From positions 1-34,918 of the IMG/VR virus record IMGVR_UViG_3300005805_000245: a DNA stretch of 34,918 nt; one strand, given 5' to 3'. The notes beneath the pieces are model-generated. The model had not been told where the DNA came from. It was given only the letters and a program-made list of their open reading frames with translations, and ran no database searches. Position 1 is the first letter of the stretch; the number at the start of each line of letters is the position of its first letter. The translations under genes and the position numbers were made by a program. Source of the stretch: a virus (Duplodnaviria; Caudoviricetes). This document shows, piece after piece, positions 18,687-30,600 of this stretch.

Positions 18687-21600
18687 TTATAAAGTCTTTT
18701 TAATTGGTCCAATATTTCTCAACCCATACCCTCTTCTCTGTATTGTTGGTAAAGTTGTAAGACCAGAATTAATTGTAAATCCAGAAACTGCAATTGATAC
18801 TGGAGAAGATGACCTTGAGAATCCTGATAGTCTACCCCAAGAAATTTTTCCAACTATAGATCCTGTTGTAGCAAGACCAACTACAGAGGTTGTCGATAAA
18901 ATATTGCAAGTAACTATTCCAACTGAAGAATCAAAGGCGCTGACATTGTAAATGTTATCGACACATGTAGTTCCTATTCCAATTTTTTCAGCATCGGATG
19001 TATAAATTGAAGTAACTCCATTTCCTACAATTGTATCAAAAATATAAATTGGATATCCAGCACTTAATCCTGTGAATGGCGATAATGAAGAATCCAGTGT
19101 AAATGTAATAGAAAGAGGAGTTCCTATTCCACCAGTTGTTCCAATACCTGTTATATTTCCAGAAAATCCTTCAACAGTAGTAACACTTGTAATATTTTCA
19201 TAAGTTAGATCTGGCAATGGAACAATAACTTGAGGAGGTCTACTGACAGAATATCCAAATCCAGAATTTGTAATTGAAATTGGAGTAGAGAGAGATCCAT
19301 TTACAACAGAAATATTAGCAGTTGCTGTTGTTCCAATACCAACACCAATTTGTTTTGGTGCTGATATTTTAACAGTCACTGATGATCCAGTATAACCACT
19401 TCCAGCATTTACAATAGACAAGTTTTGAATTGTTCCATTAGCAGATACAATTGCGGTAACTGCCGCAGAAACAGGATCAGCAGATCCAGAAACTATTAGG
19501 GCATCAAAATCAATTTGAGGAGATGAAACATTCTCATAATTAAAGAACTGTGCATTATCAACAAATACTTCAGTATCAGTTGTTGAGAAATTTTTAATTA
19601 TTTTTGCTGTTGGATAAATTTGAGGTTCAATAGAATCTCTTGCTTTAGAAACAACTTCACCATCAATAATTTTATCTACTTTTTGTTTTGTCCAATATAA
19701 TGGTTTTTGATTATTGATATCTATACCCTGTTCGAGGTATATGTTTGTTTTAATTTTATCAGATGTTGTAATTTCAGAAACTGTTCTAGAATTTTGTGTT
19801 GTAGTAATTCCAAGAGAATTATTGTTACTGAAAACTTGAACAGTATCACCCTCTTTAATTGTTTCAAAAACATTTATTGACGTGCTATCTTGAGCACTTC
19901 CTCTATAGAAGAAAATTGATACGTTATCTTCTGCTTTTGGTGGTTCTGCGAACACAAATGAAGTTCCACCTTCAAATTGATATGATACACCTGGTTTTTG
20001 TAAAATACCATTAATAAAAATAAGAAGAAGTGAGGCAAAATCTATAAGTTGAGAATCAGAACTTGGACCTTTTTCAAAACTCAATAATTGTGAGTTATAA
20101 TAAAGTGGGAACCTTGTTCTTGCACCATCTTGTAATGCTTCTATTGAATCAATATAGTCAAGTTCTCCAAATTGCCAAGAAGAGAAAGAGTCACTAAAAG
20201 TTTCTAAAATAGTTAATTCAAAATCAGAAATCGGTTGAGACAATCCAGAAGCAGTTACAAGTCCAACTGCTTTAATAACATCACCTTTTTTAAATCCATA
20301 ACCACTTCTTGTAACTTTAAATCCAGTTACTTCAAACATTGTAGAACCTATACCCGTTGTTGAACTTGCACCAACTTCAACATTTAATAATAAACCTATT
20401 CCACAATCAGTAGTAGCGCCAATACTTAGTCTTGAAACTCCAGTAACAGATAAATTAGAATAATTTGGTGGAGATATATTAATAGTTGGATTTGTATAAC
20501 CAGATCCTCCACCCACAATTGTAAATGCTAGTGTTCCACCTGCACCTACATTGGCAGTAATTGTTGCAGCAGATCCTGTGTGTCCATACTCAGTTACAGC
20601 AATTGAAACAGGATTTCTATAACCAGATCCCCAGTTTCCGGTTGTTCCTATGCCAATTGATGTAATTGATCCCCCAACACCAATTATTGCTGTTACAGAG
20701 GCACCAACCAGAGGAGCATAACCCAATCCAGGTGTAGAACCTAACGATACAATAATACCGCCTCTAGGAAGTTGATTCATATTTACATCGGATTGTGAAA
20801 TAATTACAGATCCGTTTGAAGATGTGATACCAGAGAAAATAATGCTACTAATTCCAACAGACGTGTTTTCAACAATTCTAAAGTTATTATTTGTATTATT
20901 CTCTGTTGTTGGTGTTTGGAATATTCCATTTATTATGACAATTCCATTTCCACCACTAGTTCCCAATCCTACAGTGTTTCCACCACCAACAGTTAGAGTG
21001 TAAGTTTGTCCTATTCCGGTAAAGTTTTCTGAAATATTGTCATAAACTTGATTTGATGTATAATCAGTTCTTAAAAATACTCTACCATTGAAATATGCTT
21101 TATCTTCTGGTAAATTATCATTATCTCCAAATAATTGATCTTCAAAACTACCTTGAGGTGCTTCAGTAAAGTAAACTTTATTCTTTGCAATATTAAATGA
21201 ACCTCTATAGAGATTTACTGAACTTGAGTTGGAGTGTGTAGTAGATGCACTTCCAACAAAACCTCTCCTTACATTTACCAGTGGGAAAGTTCCTGCAAAA
21301 GAAATTGGTCCCGCATAAGTTGTTCCTAAACCAACATTAACAACTTTCATATATTCATTATCAATTTTTAAAATATCACCAGGTATAATAGAAGAAATAC
21401 CGCTTAAAGCAAAAATTGTAGATGCAGAACCTATTTGAGTATCATTATTAACTGTATAATTTAATAATGAATATGCAATTGGTGCTTGAATAATATTGTT
21501 AATTGAAATGATCGATTTTTCATTTTTCTTGACCATTTCTAATTCATGTGCATTTCCTGCACCAATAGAAGTAAAAGTCACCGCAATTCCGGAGGTTGCA

Positions 21601-24600
21601 TATTCCTTTCTGGTAGCAATTCTAAATTTATCATTATTATCTTTAATTGCATATACTGTAGTTGGAAGTATATCAGTAACAACTCCAACATAATTTAATG
21701 TTGAACCAATACCTACCGATACTGGTGTTATTCCGAAGAACGTTGAATTTGGTCTATAGATTAATTCTTCACCTGTGCTAAAGAAATGGTTGTTAATACT
21801 AAATTGACCTGTTGACAAATCCAATATTGAAGAATCAGATGGATTAAATGTCTTCATGAAAATTGGTGTGCCATTATAGAACATGTCAAAATCGAGTTTG
21901 TTTAACTCATCACTATTAACAGCATAGTATTTTGAAACTCCAACAGATTCAATAACATTATGATATTCTAAATTAAGAGGTGTATTTTCAATCGCATAAT
22001 CATTTTGAGAATAGAAAATTTGATTAAAGTTTAATATTTCAAACGTTCCAACAAAGTTATTATCTGGATAGAATTTTAATGATGCTGTAGATCCAGAAAC
22101 CTCTCCACCAAAAGTTCCAATTCCACTATTAGTGTTAACAGAAAGGAAAGGATATTGAGTTGTATAAGTATTAGTTCCATTTGAAATCATTAAAACTTGA
22201 TGTAAAGCACTAGTCTGACCAATACTTACTTTTATTAATGACTTAAGTGATGTAAACTCGGTAATATCAAATGATGCAATACTGGAAGATGCAGAAACAT
22301 TTGAATAAGAAGAATTATACCAAACAGTTTTTTCACTATTATCTGGTTGACCAGATGCTTTAAACCTATAAGTTCCTACCCCAACAGCAGTTGTTCCAAA
22401 TCCTACGTTTCTAGATCTAATTGTAACTGAGTTATTTGAAGTATTGGTGTAATTTAGTGATAGAATTCCTCCATCTATTGACGCACCAAAAGTTCCTATA
22501 AAGTTAGAACTACCTCCTGTTCCAGTGTCAAAATAAAACTCAGACAAATTAGTATTTGTTCCATCATGATCTAAGAATAATTCAACATAATTCATTTCAT
22601 TAGTTACATTATCAATTAAATGGAACTCCGAATAAACTGATTTTATTAGAGATTGTGAACTTTGCAGTATATTTGCTGTAGATCCAGTAGAAACTGTCGA
22701 AGTAATTCCACTAAGATTAACAAATCCAACAGAGGTGCTTCCAACTCCAGTTGCAAAGTTTCCAAAAGAGGTATTTACATACTTAATATTATAAGTTGTA
22801 TTATATGGATCTTCTGGATCAAATTTTAGGTAATGACTACCTAGATTATCAACATAACCACTTATATCACCTAATTGATTAGTTGTATATGAAATTTCTG
22901 AAGAGAATCCAACATTTAATGTTCCCCTCTCTAATGTAAATATATCTGGTTCCGTTGGATCATTATCATTTAAAACAATGACTTCTGTGAGTTGATATGT
23001 GGAATAATCCTTATCAGAAATTTGAACCAAGTATCTATTATATTTTCTTGATTCGATAATCTCTGTTATTTTTGATGAAGTTTCAATATCTTGATCATTA
23101 TTTGAAAATTCATCACTAATATCATCTATCTCAAGAACTCTATTTGTACGACATTCAATATAATCTGCGAGTCTCTTAGATGTGAATTTTAAGAATCTAG
23201 ATGAATCACCGAGAGTGTCAACATCAAAGACAAGATCAAAATTATTAATTGTATCTACTCTATTTTCATCAATTATATCAAATAAAACGGTTGTATACTC
23301 TTCTACAGTTGTTGTTCCAACGCCAACATTGTTTGTTATTTGAGTGTCTGCAAAGTTTTTAAGTCCACTTACATGTAGTAATCCATTTACTGGACTTACT
23401 ATATTAGTCCATTCTTGCTCACTCTTTACAGAATATGAGAGATTTTGATAATAATCATTATCTGCAATAACTTGTGTGTCTTCATCTAATTTTCCAATAT
23501 CATCAGACCATCCTATTCTTTGATTAGATGCATAATTAATATTAAATTTACCAGTTGAAGTATTAATAGAATCAACCGTTGCTATTGAACCAGATTGTGA
23601 ACCACGAATAATTTGATTTTTTTGAAGATCATAATTACCAGATACTTTAATGTAATTTTCATTAGATTCAACAATTCTCAAATCTTCTTGTGAAAATCCA
23701 ATATCAGTTTTTACTTCTAATATTTCTCCAATAATAAATTGAGCAAAATTCTGAACAACTTCAAATCTTGGATAATTATTATAATTTATTGCTGATCCAT
23801 ACAATCCTTGCGTGGTTTTTGCAATACCAATATTTGTGCTGAATCCAGATAAACTAAATTCAAGTTTTCGTGCTAAAGTTGTGCCGCCGTTAAGATAATT
23901 TGAAACCGTAAAGAATCTATATCCATAATCTTCTGAATTAAATCCATCTCCTTCACTACCATATTTTTCAATTCCTTCTACATAAATTTTATCCCCTGTT
24001 GTAAATGGTTCTGTGCTAAATCCAGTTAGTGGAGTTACCAAAAGGCATGTGACTATTCCAGATGATGACGATTGGACTGTTTGAATTCCTATTCCATTTG
24101 TATTATTAGTCGCTCTTATGGTAACATTTGATTCTGGTAATCCTTTAGGTGGTTGAACTACTGAAACTGAAAATATAGAATTTCCATAATAATTTGCAAC
24201 TAATAAACCAGAATCAATTTTTTCTCCAGTATCTGTATTAACAATAACTAAGTTTGGTGCTGAAGTATAATTTTTTCCACCATCAATAACGGTAACTTCA
24301 TTAAGTGTGTTAGAATTTTTTATTGTTACGGATTTTGGTAATGATGCCTCTGGTTGCAGGGTTTTATCTGAAGAATATTCAAAACCTTCATTAATGATCT
24401 TAATTTGATTAATTTTACCAATTGTATTGGACTTTGGAATAATATAAGCTCCAGTTCCAGAGGTTGAACCAATTCCCTCAAATACTGGTAATTTTTTAAA
24501 GTTGACTCCTGGCGAGATTGTTCTTACTTTTGAAACTCCACCAAAATCTGAAGTTGAATTAGTAGTATATTTGATAATATCACATTCAGATCTTGCATAT

Positions 24601-27600
24601 GAATTTTTTTCTGGAGATTTTGTCAGAGATATATCAAAAGTTGTAGATCCAATTCCACTAACTTTATATGAACCATTATAATAACTATCAATAAAATTAA
24701 TTTGTGAATAATTTTGAACTTCGGTGTCTGCAGTGCTAATATATCCCGATTTTTCTAATGAATAGAATAATATTGATGGCAATTCTTGACTGTAATTAAT
24801 TGTTAACGAAGAATTTGTGGAAACTCCAACTGTGCCAACACCACTTACTGAAATAGTGTTTGTTGATCCAGTAGATACAAATTCATCTTTAAAATCTTTG
24901 TCATAAAATACTTTAAATGTATATCCTGATAGAGAAGAATCCGTTAAATCGAATACAAGGTTATTATTTCTTACAACATTTAGAGATGGGTTTACTAACG
25001 AAATATTTTGTAAAGTTCCTCCAGTGCTTGCAATACTTACTGTATTTGGTGGTGTTGTCTCTACACAGTCAATGTAAGTTTCCGCTAGTTTGATATTATT
25101 ATCATCGACTTTATAAACAAAATAAAATCCAGTTGATAATCCAGATGCAACTAAGTTTGCAGAATATTTAACTTTATCTCCTGTTTTTAATTTGTGAGAA
25201 TTAAGTGTAATGGTATTTGTTGAGGTATTAATTCCAGAAGAACTAAAACCTATATTATTAATTAAAGGATATCCTGTAGAAATATCTCTTGTAACTTTTA
25301 CCGCAGTGGATGTGCCTACCCCTACAGAAAGATTGGGATTAATTGAAAGAGTTATTGAATCTCCAGAAGAAAGACTATGTGAAGTTGATAAAGATACTCT
25401 AGAAGTAATTTTTTCAATGTCTCCCTTTACTTGAGAATAATTAGATTGCAACAGATATTGATAAGTATCAGACCCATTGGATAAGAAGAATAAACCGTTT
25501 GTTGATGTTGTTAACCCTACCTGAGTTACAATTCCAATGTAATCCACAGATTTTCTAATTACAAATACGGTTTGACTATCCCCGCTAAATGGTAAGTTAA
25601 ATGCAGAACTTTCAGATGTATTTGCAACTGAAATTGCAGATGCTGATGAAGGTTTTATTAAAGTTACTAATTGATTAGTTTTAAATGGATGATTTGGTAA
25701 GTAAATTGATTGTGTAGGAATAGAAATTATATTATTAGTTTGAATACCAACATTATAAGTTACTGCAACTCCAACTCCGGAGGTTGTTCCAACACCAACA
25801 GATTGCTTTGGATTAAAATAAACTAAATCATTATTTTTAGAATCAAAATAATTTACTGATTTATCAATTATAAAAGTATCTGGTATAAAGTATATCGGCG
25901 TAGTTGCTGTATGTCCTGTTCCAGAAACTCCCCTAAGAACTCTAATTATATTTTGAACATCAAAAATGTTTAAAACTGATAAAGTTTCTGTCCCAATTCC
26001 AATGCTACTTCCAATAGAAATGTTCTTTGGAACATTAGAAATATAAATGTCTGTAACAATTCCACTTCCACTTGAAGATGGAAGATCTTTAATCAAAGAT
26101 GATGTATAAGATGTTACCCCAATCTGATGGAATCCATTTAAAACTGATAAAGATGTTGAAAATCCAGAAACACTAACATAGTCTAGATTTCCTAAACTAT
26201 GTCTAGGAGAGATTTTTGCCTTAACTTGATTGCCATTTTCCCAAGTAAATACAGCATCATCATATGATGTTGTTGAAGTTTGGATATCTACAATATCTTT
26301 ACCATTAATTTCAAATACTTGTGCTATTAATCCGCCGCCTTGTGTTTCACTCTCATCAAATTCTAGGGTATCACCAACTCTATAATTATTTCCAGACTTT
26401 ACAATTTCAAAATCATCAATTGATCCAGAAGTAACTGACTCTACAACTGTTACTTGATTAACAACCTCATTAGACTCAGTTATAAAATCATTATTTGCAT
26501 ATAAATCATTAACTTTATATGGGAAAGTATTGCGAATTAATTTTGAATTATTAAAGTTAAAAGATTGATTTAAAGATGTATTTTCCGAAATAAATTTAGA
26601 TCTATATCTGTCTCCAATAAAATATGGAAAACTACCAACAACATTATTTTGATTATCAATTATAGAAGTAGCAAAGTATGCATAAACACCATTTGGAAAC
26701 TCTGGAGTGACACAATATCTGCCATTGTATTCATCCAAATCTCCAGAATTTGTAAACTTATAATCATCAATAAAAAATCCAGCAGAAAATCCAGATGGTC
26801 TATTTGAAACATTAGATACGTCTAAGGTATAACCAGAAGTTAATTTTTTCAGAGATGAATTTTTATCTTTTGGATTGGAATATCCATATGATCCATAAAT
26901 TGGATTTCCATCATATGCCCATCCAATAATTGGTGAGTGCTTAGTTCCATCGTCTCCAAAATCACTTTGAACAACTTGTGAATAACCACAAATACTGTAT
27001 TGTAAATTATTATAAGAAGATTTTATTAATTCGTTTGCCTCTGAAGATGTGCTATTGGCATCATTATATAAAACATTATTATTAATATCTAAAGATCTTA
27101 CTTGAGGGTCAAAAATAACATTTTTACCAGCTGATGTTACTGTAATACTAGTATTAGATGTAGAATAACCTACCCCAGAACTTATGACAATTACATCGGT
27201 TATTTTATTGTTAACTATAACCGGTTTAAGAACTGCTCCTGTTCCAATTCCAGAGACATTGATATCTGGAGTTGAATAATATTCACTTCCACTATATTGG
27301 ACCGAGATATCTTGTATTGTCCCATTAACAATTATGGGTTTAAATTGTGCATTTTTACCATTTTTAACTGTAATTGATGGTTTTTTGTGGTAGTTTAAAA
27401 TAGTTGATCCATAATCTGAACCTTCATTATAAACATATGCATCTACAATTTCCCCTCTTATAATTGGAGTTGCATTAATAGATCCTCTAAATTGAGTGCT
27501 CCCTAAACCTACTGCACCATATTCAACTTTGAAGGTTATTTCTGGATAATTAAAAATATGATAACCAGTTCCTGAAGTTTCACCTAATTTAATGAATTTT

Positions 27601-30600
27601 CTTCTATCATAGTCTGCTCTTACAGTTCCACCAATACCAGCATCAGATAATCTAAATGTATTATTATCAACTTTAATTACATAATATTGTTTTGTGGTCG
27701 ATAAACCAGTTATAGAATTTCCAGTATAAGAATATGTAATTAATTCACCATCACTAAATCCATGACTTGTAAATGAAATTGTGTTATTTGTTGTTGAAAT
27801 TCCAGTTGGTAAAACTCTTAATTTTCTATTTGTATATCCTTGTCCTTCATTCAATACTTTGATTTGTGTTAAAGTATTTTTTGGTTCTGTGGCAAATTTA
27901 TGAATGCCAGAGTTTCCGATAGTGGTAAATCCTACCGTATTAATCCCTGCAGTGTAATCTGAAGATGACTGATAAAGTTGAATTGTAGTATCACTTATAA
28001 ATTTGACATAATATGTTGATTCATCTTTTAAAGTATTACCTGTGCTTGTATTAGATCCTTTAAAAGTTCCAATGCCTAATGCAGAATTATTTCCAGGTCT
28101 ATAAACTACAGGTTGACCATTTATTAAATTATGTTTTGTTAAAAATGTAATTGTTTCATTTGTAATATCAATTCCACCACCATCAGATATTTGTCTAGCA
28201 TCAAATTCTATTTCTCTTCTCTTTCTTTCAATTACTGGTTCAAAAACAGCACCAAATCCATTTCCACCAGTTAAAGCAATTGAAACTACAACATCAATAT
28301 TAAAATCTTGCGGATCAACAAAAACTTTTTTTACAGATCCTTTGATAACAGGTTGAACAGATCCAATTCCTGAAGATAGTGATAATAATGGCGGATTAAT
28401 TACATCATAATCTTTTCCACCATTTAAAACTCTAACAGATTTTAAAGGTCCATAGTAAACTTTATCATTTGTTTTATAGTTTAGAATTTCAACTCCATTG
28501 ACTAATAATCCAACAGCACCAGGAATTGTTAAATCGGATTGACCATCTCCAATGTTAACAGAAAGTGGGAACTTTCTAAGTATTTTTTGTGGAGATAAAA
28601 GTTGTTCTTTCTGTGAATTTAAAACAAAATTATGTGTTCCTGATGTTAAAGATCCAAAAGTCAAATAATCACTTGTTCCTATTACTGATCTTGATGCATA
28701 TAATCTAATTTGAAGTTGTCCAGGTAAAACTTCTACAAAGTAAACACCTTCAGGTAATCCAGAAATAGAAGTTCCTGATGGTTTATAATAAATTTCATTT
28801 CCAGTTATAAAGGAAACTTTTTCAAAAAAAGTAATTATTGAATATAATCCAGTATCTTCATCTTGACCACTAACACCAATAGCATTATATGAGAAGAGAG
28901 ATTTAGTTATTTGATAAGATGGTAGAGAGTTGGATGCAACATACATGTAGTCATCGTTCTCATTATAAACATTTTGAATATCTGCAATTGTTGGAGTAAA
29001 TTCCAATGGAACTATTGAAGTGTTTACATTTTTAATTCTTCTTCTGACATCATAACTAGCACCAGAAGAAAGTGTAAAACTTTGTGCTGTTGTAATTTGT
29101 TTTCCAGAAATTGCTGTTATTCTTAAATTAGATACGACTATGGTTTGAGAATCTCTATTTAAGATATCAATATAGTCACCAACTTTTAAATTTGATTTAT
29201 CAATGCTACTTTTTAAAGTAACTTGAGATATGGAACCAGAAGAAAAGGAGTCAATATAAAATCTTGAACTTGTATTATAGATCCAACTGTTAGCAAATAT
29301 TTCTTTATAAGTTTTATTATTTTCTGGATTACGAATAATTTCTCCAACATTTTTAACTGTTATTTTATCGCCAACCGAAATTGAAGAATTTGTAGTTATT
29401 GGAGTATAATCTGATAGAACACCAGTAATTCTAATTTCAACTTTTTTGGATAAATCTCCATTTTCATATCCATAATAAGTTTCATCAGATCTAATAACTG
29501 ATGCTGTAGATATTCCAGAAGTTACTCCAGAACATCCAAAAAATTGATTAATACTTTTCGAGGTGTAATCAATTACATTGGATCCGGAATAAATTTTTCC
29601 AGATTCTGGGAATCCAATTGTAGAATCTACACTAATTGCAGAACTTCCAACACTTACATATTCTAAGTTTTTAGTGCTGCCAGTAATATTAAAAGTTCCA
29701 GTTATTGTTGGAAATGCATCATCATAACCAATAAAAAGTAAAAGTTTATAATATGTTTTTTCTTTTCTTCTAATTACTTCTACCTCTGATACTGAAGCAG
29801 TTGTGCTACTATCATTTGTTTTAAAGATTGTCTGACCCTCTAATTTAAGTGGATCACCGGAAATAACATCTGCAACAACAACTGCCCTTCTTACATATGT
29901 TGCTGAAGATGGTTTGACCAAAAATTGCTCAAGATCAATAACTTTTGGAGTTTCTCCAAATAATACATTAAAGAGAATACGGAAAGATTCTTCAGTTCCT
30001 TTTGCTTCATAGAGAGTTCTTGCTTCTTTAATAAAGTTTCCTACATTTAAATCTGCAACAAACTCTTTATTTTCTAAATCTGGTGTTAAAGAATACTTGA
30101 TTTTTTTGTAAAATTCTTTTAAAAATAAAGAACTTAAATTTTGAACAGTAGTCAGTCCTACGTGAGATGCTGAACTTGATGTTGAAAATACTAATTCTTC
30201 TGAATGGAGATCTTGATGATAACTTGTTATACCAGAAAAACCACGAACACATCCAGTAAACGTATTGGTAGTTAGACCAGTATAAGTAATAATTTCATTA
30301 TCAATTTTCAACAATCCATAATTTTGAGGAAATCCCTTAGTTGTTGAAACTTCAATTGTAGTTGCAGATGAAGAAATTCCAGTTGAAAGGGTTGTAAATC
30401 CAACTACAACCTCTGGAGTTAAGTTATCAACTTTTAAATATTGATCAAGATTTTCGGAAATATCGACCGGACCACCTTGATACTCTTGAGAAATATAATA
30501 CTGCTTTAAAAAGTCTACCGCCTTTGGACTTTCATCTAAGATAAATTCTGGAAGTTGACTATTAATTATTTGTTGGACTTTTACCCTAGACTCAAAACCA

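Noticed and set aside
30067-30252. 61-aa minus-strand ORF nested out of frame in gp7
   Set aside because: Fully inside gp7, Phe/Arg-biased composition typical of an alternative frame, no evident RBS or motif.
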